The notes beneath the pieces are model-generated. The model did not search any database. It had not been told where the DNA came from and worked only from the letters and a program-made list of their open reading frames with translations. Of a stretch of DNA of 64,000 nucleotides, positions 19,818 through 28,363 are shown piece by piece. Source of the DNA: Spirochaetia bacterium (GTDB taxonomy: Bacteria > Spirochaetota > Spirochaetia > DSM-2461); NCBI GenBank assembly GCA_963668315.1, contig OY764216.1, positions 5,504,001 through 5,568,000 of the forward strand. Reading direction: 5' to 3'. A program made the translations under genes and the position numbers. How positions within the stretch are numbered: position 1 is the stretch's first letter; every line of letters starts with the position of its first letter.

Positions 19818-22800
19818 ATGGCGTTCAACACACGGCGGCGTTGGGTCGGGACGAAACTCAAGTCACAAACGGGCTCGCAGAATGCCCGCGTTTGCCTGGC
19901 GGTGGTCATGGCGGTATCCCTGACGGGGACCACGCTCGCCCGCGGCAGCGAACCGTTCCCGGTTCCGTTGGCCAATCCGTCCTTTTCGGAGGACGCGAGT
20001 CCGGAAGGCATCCCTTCCGGCTGGAGTTGCTACGGAAGCGGCGGTGAGAACGTGAAGCTCGAGGTGGTTCGGCAGGGCAGCGATGGCACGCTGCTCATCT
20101 CCGACAGCGATCCGGCGGCCGAGATCGGCGTCTTGCAGAACTTCCCCTTGAAGGGCGGCGAGACCTATGAGGTCACCGCCAAGGTTCGCGGCGTGGAGGG
20201 GGCTTCCGGCTGGGGAGCCTACCTGCAACTGAGATTTCTCCCCTCGAACAAATACGTCCAGGCAGCCCTTTCGCCCAAGTCGGCTGACGAGTTGTCGGAG
20301 GTCTCCGTCAAGGGCACGGCGCCGCCGGACACCACCCGCGGCACCATCTATCTCTACACGCACCGCGATCCGACTCCCCAGGTGCTTGTGACCGAGGTTC
20401 GTCTGGCCGGGGGCCTGCCTGCTCCGCCGCCCCCGCCTCCTGAGCCGGTTCCTCCCCAATACGACCGGCTCAAGGACCTACACCAACAAATCCCGCTGGT
20501 GGGTGACCGGAAGGCGGCGTCCGCGATTGTCGTTCCTGCCGGGGATTCAACTTACCGGGCCGCGGCCACACAGATCCAGCAGGCCGTGGAAACGCGAACC
20601 GGCGTTCGATTGCCCATTCTGACTGACGACGATCCCGGTGCGGCCGTGCCCCTGCGTCAGAATCTCATTCTTCTGGGCAACCGTTCGACAAACCAAAGCC
20701 TGGCGCGGCTCTACGACCAGTACTACTGTCTCGTGGATCTCAAGTATCCCGGACCGAAGGGCTACATGATCCGAACGGTTCACAACCCTTACGGCAACGG
20801 CAACTCGGCCGTGATCGTCGGCGGGAGTGATGCAGAGGGCGTTGAGAAGGGGGCCCGCGTGTTGGTCGGGATTCTGTCGAAAGCCACGGCGGACCGTGAG
20901 AATTCCCTCCCCAGCGAAGCGAGGGGGAGGGCTAGGGAGGAGCGATCGCACTTGAAGGGGGATGCGAGCGATGCTTCGACCCCTCCCCAGCCCTCCCCCA
21001 CGTTCGCTACGCTCACTGGGGAGGGGGACCTCTCGCTCGGCTGGACGATGGAAACCGAGCTTGGCGAGGGCGTGGAGCCGCCCACCGACATCCGCAAGTT
21101 CGAGACTTGGGAGGCTTCGCGGGGCTACGGATCGATCGGCTACTTCGGTTGGTGCAGCATCAGTAAGCAGATGGCCATGTATTACATGACCGGCAACGAG
21201 GCTTGTGCCCGGGAGGTCGTTCGGCTTGCCTTCCCCGACGCCCAGGCGATCCGCGACATCGAGGAAATCGACGGCGAACGAATTGAGAACAAGCACGATC
21301 CCCTGGCGGGCTTCTATCACTACAACGCCCACATGGCGATCCTCTTCTGGGACCTGATCGAAGAGAGTCCCGTTTTCAGCGACGAGGAGCGTCTGCGGAT
21401 CACTAACGCCTTCGCCCGGCAGCTCAATCACCGGAAGGGAGAAGGGGTGTATCAGCTCACCCGGGCGCGGACGAGCGTCAGTTCGCGCCACGGCCAATGG
21501 GCGGCGATTTCGCTCTACTGCCTGGGCCGCTATTTCAACAAGTCCTATCCCGATCCCGTGTGGGCCCAATGCGTTCGGGGCGGGGAACTGGCCTTCGGTT
21601 CCCTTCATCATCATGCCTGGCTTGCCGGCGAGAGCGACAACCTGTTCTGGTACTGCACGGGGATCGCGCCGGTCATGACCTACATGACCCTGACCGGCGA
21701 TCGCAAGCCCTTGGAAAACGGCGTGCTGGAAGAACTGCTTCAGGGCCTGGATATCCTGATTTCCGGCCGGGAAAAAGACTGGGCCCTCAATTCGGCGTCG
21801 CTCGGCATGTTGAACAAGGCCGCCTACCTGACCGGCGACGGGCGCTGGTTGACCTATCGCGAGCGGACGGGCGTGGACACCGACGGATTCCGCCTGGGCC
21901 AGTCCTTCTGGCCCGATTCGGCGTTCCCCGCGACGCAGCCGGACGACCTGATCGGAAAATGGACGATCCAGCGGCTTCCGGAACCGGCCTGGGCGGCCCG
22001 GGCTAGCGGACTGCCTCCGGATCAATCGTTCTACTTCGGCAGTTTTCGAACGGCCGCAGATGACAGCGGTGACTACATCCTCCTCGACGGCTTCAATGGG
22101 GCGTCCCGCAATCCTTACCACACGTTCGATATTCTGCAGCTACGACTCGGCGGGCAGCTCGTTCTCGACGGCTACCACAACCAGGTTCTCACCAGCGCCG
22201 ACGGGATGGTCGAGCCCGCCGCCGCCATGGATGCTGCCCTGGTGCATGCCGACGTGGTTGGGCCCACGGCGTTCGCTACAGGCGAGGTTCCCAAGGCCGC
22301 CTTCTGCAATTGGCGTCGGCATCTCGCCCAACGCGCGGGTTGCTATGCGCTCATCGTGGACGACCTTACTTTCCGTACGGACAGTCAGAACATGGCGGTT
22401 ACCACCACCTGGCAATTGCCGGGCGGACGCTGGGATGGGAAGGCGCAAGCCGTTCGCACTTCCGAGGTCGACCTGCGCTGTTGCGACGTTCAGGAAGCAG
22501 GTGGACGGGGCACCGTGACCATGCGATGGACCGGTGGCGTTCAAAACGGCCGGCACCGGATCGCCTTCTATCTGATCGCGCCCCGGGCTTCGGAGTCGAA
22601 CGGAGTCCCGGCGTGTCTTCGCGTGGCCGAAAACGCCGCCGCCCTAGCGCTGCCGGAAGCGGCCCTCGCCGTTTTCGGGAAGTACGCTCAAACCAGCGCG
22701 GAACTGGCCGTGCTGGCCGAAGACCATCTTGTGGGACGAGCTTTGACCACAGCGGGGATCGACACGCAGCTTCTGACAAGCAATGCTCCGGTCGATATCG

Positions 22801-24293
22801 ACTGGGATTTCAAGACCGGCGTGGTTCACCTGGTGGCTGAGCAGGAGTCGTCCGTGCGTATGGCCCTCGAAACGCCGGCCCTGTTCCTGGCCGACACAAC
22901 GGCGGGCAGGGTCCAGGCGAACGACCCGGTTCCGGACCTGGTTTTTGACGGACCGCGCATGGTCCTGCCGCCAGGACGCCACGTGATCCGCGGCGCGTTT
23001 CCCGCGAAACACCCGCTCGCCGCATTGGCCGAATCGCTTCGCGGGCTGTTTGCTGATGGAGAGAGTGCACGCAAGGAACAACTTGCGGAGGACGGGAAGG
23101 CAGAGCAACTTCCCGCGGCCGACGTTCCTGTTGCCTTCACCTATCAGGCCGACGCCAAGGTGGCCGACATAACGCGTCTCGACGACTCGGGCGATGTACG
23201 GCTTGCCGTTGCGGCAGGCCAAACGATCCACCTGCTGGATTCGGCGGGAGGACTGGTCCGCACACTCGAAACGGACGGCCCGATCCGCGTCCTTCGCTGG
23301 TGGCCCGAGACCGATCTGCTCCTGGCCGGCTGTGTGGACGAGAAGGTTGTGGCTTTCGATCGCACGGGAAAGCGGACGTGGACCTTCACTTCCGAAATGG
23401 ACCGGGCCGTTTACGAGGCGGCCAAGACTTATTGGTTCAAATCGGCGCCCGGCCACGAAGGCATTCACGGACTCCACACGGGAGTGTTCGACGGCGGCAA
23501 GAGTCGCTGCTTTGTCGGCAGCGCGTGCACCCTCGAAATCCTGGACGAGGAGGGACAGCTTGTGAAGCGGACGCCCGTCTTCTGGGGACCTGGACGGAAG
23601 TTCCTCCTGCTGGACAGACCGGACGGTTCCCGCGATCTGCTGATCTCCCGCTGGCTCAACGGCACCGATTTCCTGGCGGTGGTCAACAGTTCGGCCATGG
23701 AGGTCACGTCGCGTGGCTATTACAGCGTTCCTTCGGGCCACTCGTTCGTGAGCGGTTGGATGGCCCAAAATCGAACGGGCCTGTTCCTCGACGACCTCGA
23801 CGGCAACGGTACCCCCGAGGTGGCCACCGCCATCAACGGGACGTGGAATCGAGTGACGGTCTATTCCGTGAAAGGAGATCCGCTCCACAACGCCCAATTC
23901 GGTCCCGGTGCAAGTTCCAAGCCCCGGTCGCGAATGCGCGACATGGACGTGGCCGATCTGAACGGCGACGGAAAGAAAGAGATCCTGGTTGGCCTGTCCG
24001 AAGGACTCGTCGTCTGCCTGGATCCCATCTGCGAACGGCTCTGGTCGACCCGGCTGCCCAGCCCGCCGCTTTCGATCAAAGCAGTTGTTTCCTCCACGGC
24101 GGGCGGAAATCAGGTGATTGTTGGTTGCGAGAATGGAGCTGTGATTTCCCTGGATCCGGACGGGACACCCCTTCGCATCGGGCAGGTCAACGGACGCCCC
24201 ACGGAGATCATCAGCCTCAAGGGCGATCACGCTTCCGTTGTTGTGCTCGCGACGGAGAAAGGTGAGGTTGCGGGGCTGAACGTCGCGAAGTGA
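19818..24293 (+). CDS. 1491-aa secreted modular protein: CBM-like, Pro linker, hexosaminidase-domain-2-like, heparinase/lyase-like core, C-terminal FG-GAP/beta-propeller
   Basis: Signal peptide; LANPSFSED; PAPPPPPPEPVPP; AIVVP..G.RLPI..LILLG; DLDGNG and DLNGDG repeats. Confidence 0.7.
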   Translation: MAFNTRRRWVGTKLKSQTGSQNARVCLAVVMAVSLTGTTLARGSEPFPVPLANPSFSEDASPEGIPSGWSCYGSGGENVKLEVVRQGSDGTLLISDSDPAAEIGVLQNFPLKGGETYEVTAKVRGVEGASGWGAYLQLRFLPSNKYVQAALSPKSADELSEVSVKGTAPPDTTRGTIYLYTHRDPTPQVLVTEVRLAGGLPAPPPPPPEPVPPQYDRLKDLHQQIPLVGDRKAASAIVVPAGDSTYRAAATQIQQAVETRTGVRLPILTDDDPGAAVPLRQNLILLGNRSTNQSLARLYDQYYCLVDLKYPGPKGYMIRTVHNPYGNGNSAVIVGGSDAEGVEKGARVLVGILSKATADRENSLPSEARGRAREERSHLKGDASDASTPPQPSPTFATLTGEGDLSLGWTMETELGEGVEPPTDIRKFETWEASRGYGSIGYFGWCSISKQMAMYYMTGNEACAREVVRLAFPDAQAIRDIEEIDGERIENKHDPLAGFYHYNAHMAILFWDLIEESPVFSDEERLRITNAFARQLNHRKGEGVYQLTRARTSVSSRHGQWAAISLYCLGRYFNKSYPDPVWAQCVRGGELAFGSLHHHAWLAGESDNLFWYCTGIAPVMTYMTLTGDRKPLENGVLEELLQGLDILISGREKDWALNSASLGMLNKAAYLTGDGRWLTYRERTGVDTDGFRLGQSFWPDSAFPATQPDDLIGKWTIQRLPEPAWAARASGLPPDQSFYFGSFRTAADDSGDYILLDGFNGASRNPYHTFDILQLRLGGQLVLDGYHNQVLTSADGMVEPAAAMDAALVHADVVGPTAFATGEVPKAAFCNWRRHLAQRAGCYALIVDDLTFRTDSQNMAVTTTWQLPGGRWDGKAQAVRTSEVDLRCCDVQEAGGRGTVTMRWTGGVQNGRHRIAFYLIAPRASESNGVPACLRVAENAAALALPEAALAVFGKYAQTSAELAVLAEDHLVGRALTTAGIDTQLLTSNAPVDIDWDFKTGVVHLVAEQESSVRMALETPALFLADTTAGRVQANDPVPDLVFDGPRMVLPPGRHVIRGAFPAKHPLAALAESLRGLFADGESARKEQLAEDGKAEQLPAADVPVAFTYQADAKVADITRLDDSGDVRLAVAAGQTIHLLDSAGGLVRTLETDGPIRVLRWWPETDLLLAGCVDEKVVAFDRTGKRTWTFTSEMDRAVYEAAKTYWFKSAPGHEGIHGLHTGVFDGGKSRCFVGSACTLEILDEEGQLVKRTPVFWGPGRKFLLLDRPDGSRDLLISRWLNGTDFLAVVNSSAMEVTSRGYYSVPSGHSFVSGWMAQNRTGLFLDDLDGNGTPEVATAINGTWNRVTVYSVKGDPLHNAQFGPGASSKPRSRMRDMDVADLNGDGKKEILVGLSEGLVVCLDPICERLWSTRLPSPPLSIKAVVSSTAGGNQVIVGCENGAVISLDPDGTPLRIGQVNGRPTEIISLKGDHASVVVLATEKGEVAGLNVAK
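20905..21025. repeat. Long palindromic REP/RPE-like element inside the 19818-24293 CDS
   Basis: CCCTCCCCAG (20905-14) pairs with CTGGGGAGGG (21016-25); GGGGGAGGGCTAGGGAGG (20923-40) pairs with CCTCCCCAGCCCTCCCCC (20982-99), 1 mismatch. Confidence 0.8.
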
Positions 24294-24323
24294 CAACCGA
24301 TCAGCTTAAACAGCCTCCAGCGT

Positions 24324-25160
24324 TTAAATATCCAGGTCGTCCAGTTCGTCGACGAGGTTGTCGAGTTGATCGGTTTTGCTGGCTGCGTTCATTTGGGAGA
24401 GGGCGCGGTCCCGTTCCGTCGCGGCCAGGGTGTTTGCGTCGGCGCCGCTGAAGAGTTGGGAAAGATCCAACTTCAGTCCGGTCAGCGACGCCTCCGCATC
24501 GCCCGCGATGGCCGGGTCGTCGTGCTGGGGGAACATGATCGCCCCCTCGGGGCAGATACGACTGCAGGCGGGGCACCCGGGCCGGCATGCATCGGGCTGT
24601 TCGATGAGAATATCGTCGTCGGCATCCGTTCCGTACACGCCGAAGAGACAGAAGTTGAGACACTCCAGACAGCCCGAGCAGCGATCCCGGTCGATGACCG
24701 GGTACCAACGCTCGCGCGTCTTTTCTTCTCTTCGCTGCGGAGTAATGGGGTCGACTGGGGCGGCAGCCTGCAATGGCGGCTCGCCCCGGATGATCCGATC
24801 CACCTCGTCGAGGATTGTCTTATCCGTGGCGCCGGGCACAACGCCCAGGCACCAGATCGGGCGCCGCGTGTCGTCCGGCCCGGTTTCCTCATTGGCGAAG
24901 CGTCCGTCCACGTCAGAAACGTGCAGGGTCCAGAACGCCGCCCGGGGCTGAAGCCAGCACACCACGATCATGGGGCCCGGAATTTCACGGAGGAACTGCA
25001 TGGTCGGGCCCGACGGCTCCAGATCATAGAGGTGCGGAATGACTGTCAGGTCCACGGTCTTCCGGGTCATCAGGCCGCTGGAGAGAGACGCGACGAGTTG
25101 CTGGCGTTCGGCGTCGCCGGGACGCGGTTCGGAGAGGATCACGGAGATGGTTTCGGACAT
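24324..25160 (-). CDS. 2x[4Fe-4S] ferredoxin-domain protein with uncharacterised N-terminal domain
   Basis: CSGCLECLNFC and CRPGCPACSRICP. Confidence 0.85.
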   Translation of the reverse strand: MSETISVILSEPRPGDAERQQLVASLSSGLMTRKTVDLTVIPHLYDLEPSGPTMQFLREIPGPMIVVCWLQPRAAFWTLHVSDVDGRFANEETGPDDTRRPIWCLGVVPGATDKTILDEVDRIIRGEPPLQAAAPVDPITPQRREEKTRERWYPVIDRDRCSGCLECLNFCLFGVYGTDADDDILIEQPDACRPGCPACSRICPEGAIMFPQHDDPAIAGDAEASLTGLKLDLSQLFSGADANTLAATERDRALSQMNAASKTDQLDNLVDELDDLDI

Positions 25161-25182
25161 TGGTTCCTATGGTTTCCGGGTT

Positions 25183-25656
25183 CTACCGGTCTTCTGTCGG
25201 ATTTCGACCGGCCTGACCTTTGAGAAGGCGTTGCGCGAAAGGCCAGGTGGCCTCCAAATGCTGGACGTAGGACTCGGGGGCGAGCAGGCCCTCGGGTGTG
25301 CCCCTCAGTTCCAGGAGCCACGCTGTATCATAGAGATTCGAGTTGATAAGGCCAGGGGCGGAAAGGACCAAATCATTGAGTTGCTCGACCCGTCCCCCCA
25401 CCGGCGAGTAGATGTCGCTTGTGGCCTTGGAGGCCTCCACGTAGCCGATTCGCTGGCCCGGTTCGATCGTGTCGCCCGTTGCTATCGACCACTGAAGGTG
25501 GTGCATATCGCCGAGCAGGCGAACCGCGTAGGCTGAGAATCCCAGTCGCAGCAGATCTCCGTCCGCCATGACCCACAAATGGCTTTTTGCGTAGTGGCGA
25601 TCGACCGGCAGGATTGCCGGCGATTTGCCCATCATGAATACGAGCGGTTTTTCCAT
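25183..25656 (-). CDS. Glycine cleavage H-like lipoyl-carrier protein
   Basis: YAKSHLWV, GFSAYA..LLGD, VEASKATSDIYSPVGG (lipoyl-Lys), LINS..Y..AWL. Confidence 0.85.
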   Translation of the reverse strand: MEKPLVFMMGKSPAILPVDRHYAKSHLWVMADGDLLRLGFSAYAVRLLGDMHHLQWSIATGDTIEPGQRIGYVEASKATSDIYSPVGGRVEQLNDLVLSAPGLINSNLYDTAWLLELRGTPEGLLAPESYVQHLEATWPFAQRLLKGQAGRNPTEDR

Positions 25657-25771
25657 GGAGAAGCAGGTAGCTATGAAAGGGGTGAAACCTCGCAAGGAGC
25701 CGAGACCTTTGCGGCGGGCTTGTTTAACCCGCAGCCGCAGGCGAGGATTGTCAAGCATTCCAAAGCGGCCA

Positions 25772-26905
25772 TTATCGGCTGCCGAAGCAGAACAGAGTTC
25801 CTTCGTCATTGCCGATGACGAGGCGTCCCTGGGCAACGGCCGGGGAACCGATCAGAGAGCCGCCGGTTTCGTACTGCCAGACCTCGCGGCCCGTCTTAAG
25901 GTCCAATGCGCGAAGTCGTCCATCCGCCGAGCCCACGAAGACTCGCTGGCCGACAATCACGGGCGACGTTTCAACCTTGCCGCGGGTGGCGAAACTCCAG
26001 AGGGCCTTCCCGGTGGCGGGATCGACGGCGTGAACGCTCTTGTCGAGGGATCCCACAACCACCACGTCGTTCCTGGCGGCGGCCGAACTGCGGAAGGGCA
26101 TCTGGCGGCGTTCGGCGTTGTAGCGCCAGACGATTTGCGGTGTCTTCCAATCGATTCCGAAGAAGGTGGACCCCTCGGTACCGACGAAGAGCAGATCGCC
26201 GAGAACGGCGGGAGTCGAACCGGTGGGGGCCTCGATGGGCACGCTCCCGATTTCTTTGCCTTGATTCAGGTCCACCACGTGGAGGCTGCCGTCGCAGCCG
26301 GCCACAAAGGCGCGATTCTCCACGATGGTGGGAAAGCAGCGGATCTGGTCCTCGCTCTCGAATTTCCAGACCAGGTTTCCGGTGGCCGCCTCAAGGCAAT
26401 AGAGCGTTCCGTCCTGGGAGCCGAAGAGCACGCGATCCCGATGAAAATTGGCGCTGGAGTTGATTTCGGCGTCGGAATCGAAATGCCAGAGTTCCTTTCC
26501 GTCGTCGGCGCCGATGCAGTAGAATCGCCCGTCCACATCGCCCGCGTAGACTCTGCCGTCGTGAACGGAGGGTGAAGCGGTGAAACCGAGTTCAGTTTCG
26601 AAGGCCCACACCTTCTTTCCTGATTGGAAGCCCACTGCGTAGAGGTTTCCATCGGTGGAACCGATGTAGAGGCGATCCTTGACGATCGCGGCGGTCGATT
26701 CGAACCAACCCTTTTCCGTGGCGAAGGTCCAAAGGACCTCCGGCTTCTCCGGCAATTCTCCCGCTGCCACGCCGGTGGCAAGGGGGTTGCCTCGAAACAA
26801 CGGCCAAGACACCTGGTTCGGCGTGTCGTCAGCCCGTGCCGAAGACGGCACGGGCAGAAGAACAACAACCAGGGCGAAAACGCGGAGGAAAGACCGGCAT
26901 CGCAT
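25772..26905 (-). CDS. PQQ-like/BamB-like beta-propeller repeat protein, secreted
   Basis: WPLFRGN followed by repeated S.P....V..GS.DG..Y.L...G...W.F units. Confidence 0.9.
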   Translation of the reverse strand: MRCRSFLRVFALVVVLLPVPSSARADDTPNQVSWPLFRGNPLATGVAAGELPEKPEVLWTFATEKGWFESTAAIVKDRLYIGSTDGNLYAVGFQSGKKVWAFETELGFTASPSVHDGRVYAGDVDGRFYCIGADDGKELWHFDSDAEINSSANFHRDRVLFGSQDGTLYCLEAATGNLVWKFESEDQIRCFPTIVENRAFVAGCDGSLHVVDLNQGKEIGSVPIEAPTGSTPAVLGDLLFVGTEGSTFFGIDWKTPQIVWRYNAERRQMPFRSSAAARNDVVVVGSLDKSVHAVDPATGKALWSFATRGKVETSPVIVGQRVFVGSADGRLRALDLKTGREVWQYETGGSLIGSPAVAQGRLVIGNDEGTLFCFGSR

Positions 26906-26914
26906 GACGAGATT

Positions 26915-27385
26915 CTAACGCATGTTCGACGTGTCGGGGGTGGCACTCAGTTGGGAGAGCACCTGGAGCAAGCCGTTGAGATGGGCAACACGGGGGCCGA
27001 AGCGATCGACGAATTCGTTCAGCATGAACTCGCCGTCGCGGAGCGTTTCGAAATTATCGGTGATCTCGTCGGTCAACGTTTCGAGGTATTCGGTCTGGAT
27101 CCGGCTCAAGGACTCAGCCGCCATACGACACGCCCTGGCCAGGTCGGGGTTGGCTTGTTTCCACTGTCCGAGTTCCGCTGCGCGTTGACGCTGAGCAGAG
27201 CCCATTTGGTTGACAAGCTCTTCCAGCAATTCGTTCTGGCGATCCTGGGCAGCCAACATGGCGCGAAGGAGTCCTGCCATTTCGGCAAACATTGCGGCGC
27301 CGGAATGAGAAGGGGGAGGGGGAGCCCCGTGAGAAACGTCGATTTGGCTAAAGAGGGGGGTCTGTGGTCGCTGATGATCGGTCAT
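26915..27385 (-). CDS. Hypothetical helical protein
   Basis: 156-aa ORF, AAAGGAAAGG upstream, 9-bp gap to next gene. Confidence 0.75.
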   Translation of the reverse strand: MTDHQRPQTPLFSQIDVSHGAPPPPSHSGAAMFAEMAGLLRAMLAAQDRQNELLEELVNQMGSAQRQRAAELGQWKQANPDLARACRMAAESLSRIQTEYLETLTDEITDNFETLRDGEFMLNEFVDRFGPRVAHLNGLLQVLSQLSATPDTSNMR

Positions 27386-27778
27386 AAGTAGCCTTTCCTT
27401 TCAGAGATCCAGTATAAACTCGGCGAAGTCGGAAAGTCGAGTGTCGCGTCCCGCATTATGCGTGCAAGTCCTCAAGTTTCACGGGCCAAAGACTACCCAG
27501 TCCGCACAGCCCGCAGAAACTATCGCCGCTGGCGCTCACCGCACGGGCGGCAAATTCGTCAAGTTGTTTCTGAACGACAACTAGCTTGGCGCCAACCGAT
27601 TTGCGTCAAACCCCGTTGCTGTCCCAAGCCGATCTGCCCTTCCGAAGAGTGACCTACATGGAGCGACCGTTAAAGTCGGCAGCCTTCAGCACCCGAATTA
27701 TCGAGAGGCAAGACCAACGCACGATGACTACCTGAGAAAATACGCAACTTGAGTGTGAAGGGATAAACGGGGAGGCAA

Positions 27779-28360
27779 ATGACAGCGTCTGATGTCAGTA
27801 CGGAGAGTCCGCTGGGATTTCTCACGGTCGTTGAGGATCGGAAGCACGGGCTTTTTGGGGGATATTTGGTCCTCAACCGAGCGGGCAGGCCTTTGGAGTT
27901 CCACTGCACGGCACCGGTTCGAGCGAATCGCGCGCAGGAAATTCTGTATGGGCCGACTCTACGTCCCTACCTTTATGGGGAACAGATCGGGCGTACCCTC
28001 CTGGAGCAGGGGAAACACGGAGCTGTGATGGTGCTGACCGATTGCGAGCCCATGCTTTCGGTTGGCGAATTCATCACGCCACCGGTGATTCTCGTCGGCG
28101 ATGGGGGGGGAGGGGCGTCTCCGTCTCGAAGCAATCCTGCGGAGAAGACCTGGCGAGTTGACCCGGCGCAAGGCGCGGAGCCGAAACTGCACTATTTCGA
28201 AGTTGCCGGGCAGAGGTTGGCCATAGGACGCAAGGAGAATGCGCAAGGGCGTGATAGGGTTGCCCAATCGTTGGAAGCCTTGGCGACGAGTTTGGATCTT
28301 TCGGAGCCTTTTGAACGGATCCGTGCGGCGATCGATGAGGCTCGCCGCGGAGGCCAATAG
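27779..28360 (+). CDS. Hypothetical protein
   Basis: GGGGAGG RBS; GGYLVLN..GRPLEFHCTAP..Q.ILYG; 3-bp gap to the SNF2 gene. Confidence 0.8.
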   Translation: MTASDVSTESPLGFLTVVEDRKHGLFGGYLVLNRAGRPLEFHCTAPVRANRAQEILYGPTLRPYLYGEQIGRTLLEQGKHGAVMVLTDCEPMLSVGEFITPPVILVGDGGGGASPSRSNPAEKTWRVDPAQGAEPKLHYFEVAGQRLAIGRKENAQGRDRVAQSLEALATSLDLSEPFERIRAAIDEARRGGQ

Positions 28361-28363
28361 ACG

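Noticed and set aside
27386..27778. tRNA/ncRNA in the long divergent spacer
   Set aside because: No cloverleaf or T-loop consensus or recognisable ncRNA motif
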